Part shown: positions 1 through 8,089 of the stretch, one piece after another
Layout of the letters: each line of letters opens with the position of its first letter
Position numbering within the stretch: the first letter of the stretch is position 1
Translations under genes and position numbers: made by a program
Notes under the pieces: model-generated
The model's database searches: none
Told to the model about the DNA's origin: nothing
The model's input: the letters and a program-made list of their open reading frames with translations, nothing else
Assembly (NCBI GenBank): GCA_964599625.1
Contig: CAZRGC010000001.1
Coordinates: 115,019-179,018, forward strand
Source: an uncultured Gammaproteobacteria bacterium
Lineage (GTDB): Bacteria; Patescibacteriota; Microgenomatia; UBA8517
DNA: 64,000 nt
Reading direction: 5' to 3'

Positions 1-6
1 CTTTGG

Positions 7-375
7 ATGTTTCTAATATTTAAGTTTTCTTCCGGAAGCGTTCCCGTTGCCTCGCAGGTATATTGGAAAGATTTTGCATTCAAAAAATTCGGACACGTTT
101 TGCTGTTTGGAATCCTCGCGGCGTTTTATTATCGGGCATTAATCGGTGATGGAATGGATAAGAAAAAGGCCGTATTTACGGCAATTATAATGTCTGCGGT
201 TTACGGTGCAACTGACGAGTTGCATCAAACTTTTACACAGGGCAGGGAAGCCAGAATTAGAGATGTTCTTATAGATGCTTCGGGTGCCTTGGTTTTTGGG
301 TACTCAATATATTATTTGTTGCCAAAAATGCCTAAAAAAATTAAAATGCTTGGCGAATATTTTGGTTTTATATGA
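7..375 (+). CDS. VanZ-like family membrane protein. The N-terminus may extend beyond the window start.
   Basis: Small hydrophobic protein with a VanZ-type signature (TDELHQ...R...DVLID). The ORF begins 6 nt from the window edge. Confidence 0.55.
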   Translation: MFLIFKFSSGSVPVASQVYWKDFAFKKFGHVLLFGILAAFYYRALIGDGMDKKKAVFTAIIMSAVYGATDELHQTFTQGREARIRDVLIDASGALVFGYSIYYLLPKMPKKIKMLGEYFGFI

Positions 376-473
376 AAAAGATTTTAGTTACAGGTGGGGC
401 GGGTTATATAGGAAGTTTCACGACAAAGGCGAAAACTGACACCTGGCAAAATAATGCCGGGAAATATATATGA
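372..473 (+). pseudogene. Remnant of the 5' end of an NAD-dependent epimerase/dehydratase gene, forming a 33-codon ORF (MKKILVTGGAGYIGSF...).
   Basis: Bases 372-420 are about 85% identical to the galE start (470-518), and most differences are synonymous. The ATG overlaps the VanZ stop (ATGA at 372-375). The ORF ends at TGA 471-473, overlapping the galE ATG at 470. Confidence 0.4.
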
Positions 474-1459
474 AAAAGATTTTAGTCACAGGCGGGGCAG
501 GTTACATTGGAAGTTTTATGGTAAGGGCACTTGCCGCAAAAGGTTTTGATGTCGTTATTGTGGATGACCTGTCATCCGGGCACCTGGAATCAGTCAAAGA
601 TTTTCGTGTAGAAAAAATAAACATTCTCAATCAAAAAGATGACCTGGCGGCACTTTTTGTAAAAGAAAAATTCGATGGCGTTGTCCACATGGCAGCCTTT
701 ATTCAGATGGGTGAGTCATTTGCAAATCCCTCCAAGTATTACCACAACAATGTTGGCGGATTTTTAAATCTAATGGATGTTGTGCGGGACACGGGGTGTA
801 GAAATATAATTATTTCTTCAAGCGCAGGGGTATATGGAAATCCTCAAAGATTGCCAATAGAGGAAGACGACTCCAAAAATCCGCTTAATCCCTACGGCGA
901 AACCAAATATATGATGGAAAGAATTTGTGAAGACTATGAAGCTGCATATGGAATAAAGTTTGTAAGCCTTAGATATTTCAATGCCGCAGGAGCTGCCCTA
1001 GATGGATCAATCGGCGAGTCTCACCCCGAAGAGAGTCATCTTATTCCCAATGCAATGAATGCTGCTTTGGCACAAAAAGAGTTTGTTTTGTTTGGCGCTG
1101 ACTACGAGACTCCAGATGGAACCTGTATACGCGACTATGTTCATGTTTTGGATTTGGCGGAAGCCCATGTTTTGGCGTTGGAGTCAATTATGGGTTCTGG
1201 GAAGAGTGACTTCTACAACATAGGGATTGGTCGAGGATATTCCAACAAAGAAGTTATTTCCGAAATTCAAAAAGTTTCGGGTAAAATGATAAAACTCAAA
1301 ATCATGCCAAAAAGACCTGGTGATGCAAATGCCCTCTATGCCAAAATTGATAAAATAAAGAACGCATTGGGTTGGCAGCCAAAGTACGGACTAAGAGAAA
1401 TTGTTGAAAGTGCCTACAGGTGGCATAGTACAAACCCGTCGGGATACCCCTCCCGTTGA
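470..1459 (+). CDS. galE: UDP-glucose 4-epimerase
   Basis: N-terminal GGAGYIGS Rossmann motif, YFNAAGA, and catalytic Y/K region. Length of 329 aa is typical of GalE. Confidence 0.85.
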   Translation: MKKILVTGGAGYIGSFMVRALAAKGFDVVIVDDLSSGHLESVKDFRVEKINILNQKDDLAALFVKEKFDGVVHMAAFIQMGESFANPSKYYHNNVGGFLNLMDVVRDTGCRNIIISSSAGVYGNPQRLPIEEDDSKNPLNPYGETKYMMERICEDYEAAYGIKFVSLRYFNAAGAALDGSIGESHPEESHLIPNAMNAALAQKEFVLFGADYETPDGTCIRDYVHVLDLAEAHVLALESIMGSGKSDFYNIGIGRGYSNKEVISEIQKVSGKMIKLKIMPKRPGDANALYAKIDKIKNALGWQPKYGLREIVESAYRWHSTNPSGYPSR

Positions 1460-1492
1460 TACTTCAGCTCAAAGATATTACCATGTTAATTA

Positions 1493-2488
1493 ATGAAAAC
1501 GCTCAATCTTTTGATGCATTTATTTCTTCCGCATCATTCAAATAATCAAAAAGCAAAGATTCTCCATCCGTCAGGTTTAAGCGTTTTGGCTTTGTTGTTG
1601 GTTTCAGTTCAAATATTTCTCAACCTTTTACCCAAAACGTTCCCAAAAGTCCTCGGGTATGCCGCCAACATTGTCCCATTTGATGTGGTACGTCTTACCA
1701 ACGAAAAAAGAGCACAAAACGGACTTCATGCACTTGTTCTCGACTCGACACTTTCTGCTGCCGCGATTGCAAAAGGAAACGATATGTTGGCAAAGGGTTA
1801 TTGGGCCCATTTTGCACCTGACGGCACGTCCCCATGGAGTTTCTTTTTAAGTTTTGGATACAAGTACAAATATGCAGGTGAAAATCTTGCTCGCGATTTT
1901 GCTTCGTCCGAAGCGGCGGTAAGTGCTTGGATGAATAGCCCCTCTCACAAAGATAACATTCTCAATAGCAACTATAGAGATGTGGGAATAGGTGTAGTTG
2001 AGGGCCCACTCAACGGAGTAGACACAACAATTATAGTTCAGTTTTTTGGAACAAAAATGACAACGGTTCCTGAAATAGAAACTGCCAAATCAGTAAGTAT
2101 TGTCTCAACCCCAACACCAAGTTCACTTTTGGGTGTAGCCAAAGAAAAGTCACAAGAGGCCGCTCTGCCCATAACCATCGAGACACCCGAGCCGACACCC
2201 AGCATAGACCCAACTCCGACCCCAACCCCTGAAAGCACCCCTGCACCTTTCATTCCTGCGTCCACAGAAACCACAACAGTGACTTCGTCTGGTATCTCGC
2301 CGTTTTTCACTACAAAAAATATCGCAATTGCAGTTGTGGCCCTTCTTTTAATTGTCTTGGTTGTCGATTTGATAATAATAAGACAAAAAAATATCAAGAG
2401 AATTGGCGGAAGGTCGTTGGCCCATATGGGATTTTTTGGGATGATACTTGCGGTTATAATTATTCTTAAGGCTGGTCGGGTTATATAG
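1493..2488 (+). CDS. CAP/SCP/PR-1-like (YkwD-type) domain protein with a Pro/Thr-rich linker and a C-terminal transmembrane anchor
   Basis: N-terminal signal-anchor helix. CAP motifs (GENLA, AVSAWMNSPSHKDNIL, YRDVGIGV). A PTPTPTPESTPAP linker at about aa 200-250, then a hydrophobic C-terminal helix. Confidence 0.75.
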   Translation: MKTLNLLMHLFLPHHSNNQKAKILHPSGLSVLALLLVSVQIFLNLLPKTFPKVLGYAANIVPFDVVRLTNEKRAQNGLHALVLDSTLSAAAIAKGNDMLAKGYWAHFAPDGTSPWSFFLSFGYKYKYAGENLARDFASSEAAVSAWMNSPSHKDNILNSNYRDVGIGVVEGPLNGVDTTIIVQFFGTKMTTVPEIETAKSVSIVSTPTPSSLLGVAKEKSQEAALPITIETPEPTPSIDPTPTPTPESTPAPFIPASTETTTVTSSGISPFFTTKNIAIAVVALLLIVLVVDLIIIRQKNIKRIGGRSLAHMGFFGMILAVIIILKAGRVI

Positions 2489-2498
2489 TCATATAAAA

Positions 2499-2759
2499 AT
2501 GAAAAATATTGCAAAACACCTTCCTCACTATTTGATGCTGGGTGGAATACTTACGGCAGGACTTATCGGCATTGTTGTATTTTCTTATAATCACAAGTTT
2601 CAGGAGGCAATTGCATTGGCCACAGCTTCTTCTTACGTTGCTTGGGGAATAATGCATCATTATCTGCACAAGGATTTGCATTGGGAGGTTTTTGTGGAGT
2701 ATGTGGCTGTAGCAGCCTTGGGGTTAACAATCCTCTTTTCCTTGATTTTGGGACAATAA
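2499..2759 (+). CDS. Small His-rich membrane protein with two transmembrane helices (hypothetical)
   Basis: 86-aa ORF starting 10 nt after the CAP gene, with two clear hydrophobic helices. Confidence 0.45.
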   Translation: MKNIAKHLPHYLMLGGILTAGLIGIVVFSYNHKFQEAIALATASSYVAWGIMHHYLHKDLHWEVFVEYVAVAALGLTILFSLILGQ

Positions 2760-2777
2760 CAAAATATACTTTCAGTT

Positions 2778-3692
2778 ATGCTTTCAGGCACAAATACCAA
2801 AAAAGTAAGAAAAGCGGTCATCCCCGCGGCAGGCTTTGGCACACGATTTCTGCCTCAGACCAAGGCGATGCCCAAAGAAATGCTCCCCATAGTAGACAAG
2901 CCTGTCATTCAATATGTAGTAGAAGAACTGGTTGATGCAGGTATTCAAGATATTTTTATTGTAACCGGGTATCACAAAAGGGGTATAGAAGATCACTTTG
3001 ACTCACCCAACCTCGATCTCATCGAAAATCTCAAAATGGGCGGGGAGAAAAAACGCCCGCTTCTGGAGGAAGTTGAAAAGATTTCAAACATGGCCAACTT
3101 TGTTTATGTCAGACAAAAAGGACCGTATGGCAACGGAACACCGCTTCTTAACGTTAAACACTTGATTGGGGACGAACCGTTTATTTACACCTGGAGCGAT
3201 GACTTTATAAAGGCTGAACCCAACAGATTCAAACAACTTATTTCTGCGTACGAAAAATACGGAGCAAGTTGTTTGGCCAGTCTTAAGGCCACAAAAGATG
3301 AAGATTATGAACGCTACGGAAATTCAGGCGGTAAGTTTTTGGAAGATGGCATCATGGATGTGGATAGTATTATAGAAAAACCCGGCAAAGACAAAGCTCT
3401 TTCCGATTTAGTAAACGTTTCCGGATATCTGTTTACTCCCGACATTTTCAACTACTTGGATACGGCACTTAAAAATCTCAAACAAGGTGACGAGCTTTAC
3501 TACAACGATGCATTAAAACTAATGCTCGAGGATGGTAAAAAAGTTATGGCTGTAGAAATAAAAAATGGTAAATATTATGACACCGGAAACAAAATGGAAT
3601 ATCTTAAAACTGTAGTTGAGTTTGCATTGGCGCGACCGGACATTAATGGCAAGTTTAAGGACTATCTTAAAAGCCTCAACCTAAATGATTAG
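2778..3692 (+). CDS. galU: UTP--glucose-1-phosphate uridylyltransferase-like sugar nucleotidyltransferase
   Basis: The AVIPAAGFGTRFLPQTKAMPKEMLPIVDKPVIQY N-terminus is the GalU-type signature, not the RmlA-type. Length is 304 aa. Confidence 0.8.
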   Translation: MLSGTNTKKVRKAVIPAAGFGTRFLPQTKAMPKEMLPIVDKPVIQYVVEELVDAGIQDIFIVTGYHKRGIEDHFDSPNLDLIENLKMGGEKKRPLLEEVEKISNMANFVYVRQKGPYGNGTPLLNVKHLIGDEPFIYTWSDDFIKAEPNRFKQLISAYEKYGASCLASLKATKDEDYERYGNSGGKFLEDGIMDVDSIIEKPGKDKALSDLVNVSGYLFTPDIFNYLDTALKNLKQGDELYYNDALKLMLEDGKKVMAVEIKNGKYYDTGNKMEYLKTVVEFALARPDINGKFKDYLKSLNLND

Positions 3693-3708
3693 TCTTAGAT
3701 AATTCGAT

Positions 3709-5631
3709 ATGAAAATATTTGTAACTGGAGCCGCAGGATTTATTGGGTCCAACTTCGTTCACTATTGGCACAAAAAACATCCAAAAGACAAAATAGTCGT
3801 AATCGACTCGCTCACTTATGCCGGCAATATAGAGAATCTTACTCCTGTCATTAAGGATATAGACTTTATCCAGGCAGACATTAACGACAGGTCCAAAGTT
3901 GCCGAAGGTTTAAAGGGGGTCGATGCTGTTATCCACTTTGCTGCAGAAAGCCATGTTGACAGAAGTGTCTTTGATCCGGGTAGGTATTGGGCCACAAATG
4001 TTCACGGAACTATCACCTTGCTTGAAGAAGCCCACAAAATCGGCATCAAAAGATTTCACCATATCTCAACCGACGAGGTTTACGGTGAACTTCCTTTGGA
4101 TTCCGATTTAAAGTTCACAGAAAAAACACCGTACTCACCAAGACCGGACAACCTTTACGCCTTATCAAAGGCAGAGGCCGATAAAGTAGTCTTAGAATTC
4201 TTCAAAAAAACCGATATGTACATAACAATTTCCAACTGTTCCAATAATTACGGTCCTTATCAATTTCCGGAAAAATTCATGCCCATTATTATCACAAACC
4301 TTATAGATAATATAAAAGTTCCTATTCATGGTGACGGCAGAAACGTTAGAGACTGGATTCATGCCTGGGATCATTCTTCGGCGATTGATCTGATTCTGCA
4401 GAAAGGCAAAAGCGGTGAAACTTATCTTGTTGGCTCCAACAACGATCGTGATAACAACTACATTGCACAAAAACTCGTCAATCTTTACGGCAAAGATGAC
4501 GGTGTATTGAGGCATGTTCCGGATAGACACTCAAACGATAGAAGATATGCAATTGACGCTACAAAAATAATTGAGGAACTCGGATGGGTGCCCGAAATAG
4601 GAAGGGATAACTTTGACGATGGTCTAAAAGAAACTGTTGATTGGTATAAAAATAACCAGGACTGGTGGAGACCCCTGCTTAAAAGGCGTGCATCAATAAC
4701 CGATGAGGAGGGAACCATGAGTGCATATATTTCTTTGGATAGAGATACCGGTAAGACTAAATTTACATTTGGAAAACTGGAAAAACCAACAGAGGTAAAG
4801 CCACCCGAAGACATAAAAGAGCATTTTGTTGAACAGAATTTGGTGCGGTACGAAATAGTTATGAAAAACCTTGAGTCCAAAAAATGGTTTACCGCTACCG
4901 CCACGACCATAAAAAACAAAATAAAAGCACTTGCACTTAATCCTTCAACGTTTGGCTATGTCGAAGATTTGGCGGCCCGTGAGGACAAAATAGTAAACGA
5001 CACAATTTTGAGAATTATAGAAGTCGATCATGCAAGACCTGAGTTTGGAATATACGGTATCGCAACCTGGTTTGAGGTTGTTAATGTCGACGGGTTAATA
5101 AGATCCGAAGGGTTTTACTCTTGGGGTTGGGGACCAAAATCAGGTGCCAAACTTTTAGTTTTGGTCAGGCGGGGCGGGGAGATTACACACCTGGCTCTTC
5201 AAAGGGAAGAAAAATTCCCAACCGGTTCAATGGTTTATAACTTGGCAGGAGGATTCCCCAAACTCAACGAGAGCGTGCTCAACTTCATCATCAGGTCTCT
5301 CAAAAAAGACTTGGATATAAACATCAAAAACGGAGGAGTAACACTAAACGAAATAGTCAGTTTGGGAAGAGTTGCCCCCGACTCCGGTATGACCAATAAC
5401 CACCCCAATTTATACGGTGTGATACTCGACTTTGATGACTCTTACTACCCAACTGTCAGATCGGGAGAAAAATTCGAAAAAGGTGCAGGTATAGTTCTCT
5501 GGCCAGTTTCACAAATTTCGGATATAGTGAATAAGTGCGACGACTCTTATTTTCTTTCCGCAATGGCAAGAATTACATTGTCAGGGATTTATACAATCAA
5601 TCTCGCAGAGAAGAACAATAATCAAAGCTAA
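3709..5631 (+). CDS. rfbB: dTDP-glucose 4,6-dehydratase (RmlB) fused to an uncharacterised C-terminal domain of about 310 aa
   Basis: The first roughly 325 aa are canonical RmlB (GAAGFIGSNF, ISTDEVYG, YSPRPDNLYALSKAEAD, DWYKNNQDWW). They are followed, in frame with no stop, by about 315 aa unrelated to RmlB. That region contains a degenerate Nudix-like box (GFPKLNESVLNFIIRSLKKDLDI). Confidence 0.8.
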   Translation: MKIFVTGAAGFIGSNFVHYWHKKHPKDKIVVIDSLTYAGNIENLTPVIKDIDFIQADINDRSKVAEGLKGVDAVIHFAAESHVDRSVFDPGRYWATNVHGTITLLEEAHKIGIKRFHHISTDEVYGELPLDSDLKFTEKTPYSPRPDNLYALSKAEADKVVLEFFKKTDMYITISNCSNNYGPYQFPEKFMPIIITNLIDNIKVPIHGDGRNVRDWIHAWDHSSAIDLILQKGKSGETYLVGSNNDRDNNYIAQKLVNLYGKDDGVLRHVPDRHSNDRRYAIDATKIIEELGWVPEIGRDNFDDGLKETVDWYKNNQDWWRPLLKRRASITDEEGTMSAYISLDRDTGKTKFTFGKLEKPTEVKPPEDIKEHFVEQNLVRYEIVMKNLESKKWFTATATTIKNKIKALALNPSTFGYVEDLAAREDKIVNDTILRIIEVDHARPEFGIYGIATWFEVVNVDGLIRSEGFYSWGWGPKSGAKLLVLVRRGGEITHLALQREEKFPTGSMVYNLAGGFPKLNESVLNFIIRSLKKDLDINIKNGGVTLNEIVSLGRVAPDSGMTNNHPNLYGVILDFDDSYYPTVRSGEKFEKGAGIVLWPVSQISDIVNKCDDSYFLSAMARITLSGIYTINLAEKNNNQS

Positions 5632-5634
5632 AAT

Positions 5635-6216
5635 ATGATGCGTTTTGACCCCGATAAGCACATCAAAAAAACTTCAATTCCCGGTGTTGTATTGATAGAA
5701 CGCCCTATAATTGGTGATTCCAGGGGTTTTTTGCATGAACCGTACAACAAAGAAGAGTTAAAAGCTGCAACTGGAATAGATTTTAATCCTGTTCAGTGGA
5801 CCCATGCTTACATCAAGCCGGGCGTCATTAAAGCAATACATTCAGAAAACTGGAACAAACTTATTTATCCTGTGACTGGGGTGTTGTATGCACCTATTGT
5901 AGATTTGAGGCCGGAAAGCAGCACTTTTGGTAAAGTTGAATATATAACGATCGACAATACCAAAGAAGACTCACCAAGACACGCCTTGTTTTTGCCAGCG
6001 GGAGGCATTGGAAATTCTATTACTGTATTGGGTGAAGATATGATGCATTATTTTTACTTAATTGATGAATATTGGGATGACGCAAAAGCCAGTGGCGTCG
6101 CCTGGGACGATCCGGATTTGAATATAAAATGGCCCGTTGATAACCCCATACTTTCCGAAAGGGATCAAAAAAACCCCAAGTTGCGCGATCTTTTCCCGCA
6201 CAAGTTTCAGAAATAA
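5635..6216 (+). CDS. rfbC: dTDP-4-dehydrorhamnose 3,5-epimerase (cupin fold)
   Basis: GVVLIERPIIGDSRGFLHE motif, 193 aa, located between rmlB and rmlD. Confidence 0.8.
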   Translation: MMRFDPDKHIKKTSIPGVVLIERPIIGDSRGFLHEPYNKEELKAATGIDFNPVQWTHAYIKPGVIKAIHSENWNKLIYPVTGVLYAPIVDLRPESSTFGKVEYITIDNTKEDSPRHALFLPAGGIGNSITVLGEDMMHYFYLIDEYWDDAKASGVAWDDPDLNIKWPVDNPILSERDQKNPKLRDLFPHKFQK

Positions 6217-6219
6217 ATT

Positions 6220-7119
6220 ATGAAAAAACTTTTTGTTGTTGGCGGCAGCGGAATGGTTGCTTCAAGGCTAATTTCACTAATCGGTGACAGTTTCGTAACC
6301 ACAGTCTTGGATGAAAAAACTTTGGACATTACGGACAAATCAAAAGTTATTGATTTTTTTTCAAAAAATAACTTTGACATTATTGCCAATTTCGCCGCAT
6401 TTACCAACGTTGACGCTGCCGAAAAGGAATCGGGTGATACATCGGGCCTTGCCTACAAGTTGAACGTTGAAGGTGCAAAAAATCTTGCAGAAGTTTGTCT
6501 GGATAAAGACAAGTTTTTGGTGCATATATCTACAGATTTTGTCTTTAGGGCATCTCAAGACGACCCCGGCCCTTATGCCGAAGATGCGTTGATTCCTCAA
6601 AATTCCGACGGAATTGGTTGGTATGGTTGGACAAAAAATCTTGCAGAAAAGGAGATTTCCAAAATGTCTGGCCTCAGAAGTGCAGTTATCAGATACGGAT
6701 ACCCGTTCCGTGCAGATAATTTTGAACAAAAAAAGGACTGGGCTAGAAATTTACTCATGTTGTATAACGATCAAAAATTATACCCGTTATTTAATGACCA
6801 GGTTCAAAGCATACTTTTGATCGACGATCTCGCAAAACCCTTCTTACTTATTTGCGAAAAGGAAACGAATGGTGTTTTCCACATAGCTTCGTCAGACACA
6901 GTAACTCCATACGAGGCGGGTAAATATTTATTGGAAAACTACGCCAAAAAAGATATTCCACTAGCGCAGGGGTCTATGGAAGATTTTTTGAAAGTACCCG
7001 GAAGAACACCAAGACCCAGGTTGGGTGGGTTAGATGTTAGCTTAACCGAAGAAAGACTGGGTCTGGAATTCCGAACATGGAGGGAAATGATCGATGAGTT
7101 TTTACTTCAGTCGTCCTGA
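6220..7119 (+). CDS. rfbD: dTDP-4-dehydrorhamnose reductase
   Basis: MKKLFVVGGSGMV Rossmann start and a FAAFTNVDAAE segment. 299 aa, in an operon with rmlC. Confidence 0.8.
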   Translation: MKKLFVVGGSGMVASRLISLIGDSFVTTVLDEKTLDITDKSKVIDFFSKNNFDIIANFAAFTNVDAAEKESGDTSGLAYKLNVEGAKNLAEVCLDKDKFLVHISTDFVFRASQDDPGPYAEDALIPQNSDGIGWYGWTKNLAEKEISKMSGLRSAVIRYGYPFRADNFEQKKDWARNLLMLYNDQKLYPLFNDQVQSILLIDDLAKPFLLICEKETNGVFHIASSDTVTPYEAGKYLLENYAKKDIPLAQGSMEDFLKVPGRTPRPRLGGLDVSLTEERLGLEFRTWREMIDEFLLQSS

Positions 7120-7424
7120 GAAGTTTCTTTTTTGAACACACCAAATATTAGTTGTGCTCTTGTGTTGAGAAAGTTCAAGCTTATTTCCCGCATGGGGAGG
7201 TCTTTTGAGGTTTCCTGTAATACTTTGGCCCCCACCACATTTCCTTCTGCGTTTTTGCCCACAGCTATATGAAACATTACTCCTTCTTTGTCATTGGGTA
7301 TTAAGTCCGGGAACCCGAAGGCTCTGGCCAGCACAGTGTTCCAGTCTTCGACCTCGGCAGTAAACACGATCTGGTTTTGCGGAAGTTTTTCGGAAACAGG
7401 CATGTTCCACATCAATTCTTTCAT
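7107..7424 (-). CDS. Hypothetical 105-aa protein immediately downstream of trmD
   Basis: The only long ORF in the 7120-7435 gap. Its start lies 11 nt after the trmD stop, and it is not ribosomal protein L19. It overlaps the rmlD 3' end by 13 nt in convergent orientation. Confidence 0.4.
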   Translation of the reverse strand: MKELMWNMPVSEKLPQNQIVFTAEVEDWNTVLARAFGFPDLIPNDKEGVMFHIAVGKNAEGNVVGAKVLQETSKDLPMREISLNFLNTRAQLIFGVFKKETSQDD

Positions 7425-7435
7425 GATGAGGGATA

Positions 7436-8065
7436 TTAATTCTTTTTACGCCACAAGTCAATTTCTTTGTGATTACCCGAAAGTAGCACTTTGGGCACAT
7501 CCCAGCCATTATATTTTTCGGGTCGAGTATATTGTGGATATTCAAGGTACCCCGGGTACTTATGAGACTCATCAACTGACGATTCATCTTTGCCCAAAAC
7601 TCCGGGAATAAGTCTTATAACACTATCCACCAAAAGCATTGAAGGAAGTTCTCCCCCCGTCAAAACAAAGTCGCCGACAGAAACAACCTGGTCCACAAGA
7701 TGTTCGTGCACTCTGTGGTCAACACCCTCATAATGTCCTGCGATAAGTACCAAACTTTTTTCCTTACTTAATTCTTGGCACTTTTCTTGTTTAAGTCTCT
7801 CTCCTGTTGCATCCAAAAGTATCACCTCTGAATCTGGTTTTTTTATTTCTTTTAGTGCGTTGTCGATAATATCTACTCTCAAAATCATTCCCACCCCGCC
7901 TCCGTACGGTCTGTCGTCAACGTTTTTTCTATCTGTGTCGCCCCATTTTCTTAAATCATGCACACGAATCTTTATCAGGTCTTTGCTTTCAGCTCGTTTG
8001 ATAATAGACGCATCAAAGGCACCTTTGTACATATCAGGGAACAGTGTCAGTATGTCAATTTCCAT
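7436..8065 (-). CDS. trmD: tRNA (guanine37-N1)-methyltransferase
   Basis: Full-length match to the TrmD family (ILTLFPDM, RPYGGGVGMIL, LIAGHYEGVDHRV). Confidence 0.9.
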   Translation of the reverse strand: MEIDILTLFPDMYKGAFDASIIKRAESKDLIKIRVHDLRKWGDTDRKNVDDRPYGGGVGMILRVDIIDNALKEIKKPDSEVILLDATGERLKQEKCQELSKEKSLVLIAGHYEGVDHRVHEHLVDQVVSVGDFVLTGGELPSMLLVDSVIRLIPGVLGKDESSVDESHKYPGYLEYPQYTRPEKYNGWDVPKVLLSGNHKEIDLWRKKN

Positions 8066-8089
8066 AGTGGTATTGTATCATTTGTTCAA

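Noticed and set aside
2038-2514. 158-aa minus-strand ORF rich in Gly/Val
   Set aside because: It is antisense to the Pro/Thr-rich linker of the CAP protein. The GC-rich repeat region produces open frames on both strands.
4192-4919. Two minus-strand ORFs of 112 and 144 aa
   Set aside because: They are antisense to the rmlB fusion gene and have no recognisable domains.
7958-8089. Upstream extension of the GT2-GtrA ORF (track start 7958)
   Set aside because: The extension would overlap trmD on the opposite strand by about 108 nt. The GT2 motif IVMPAYNE follows immediately after the ATG at 8090.
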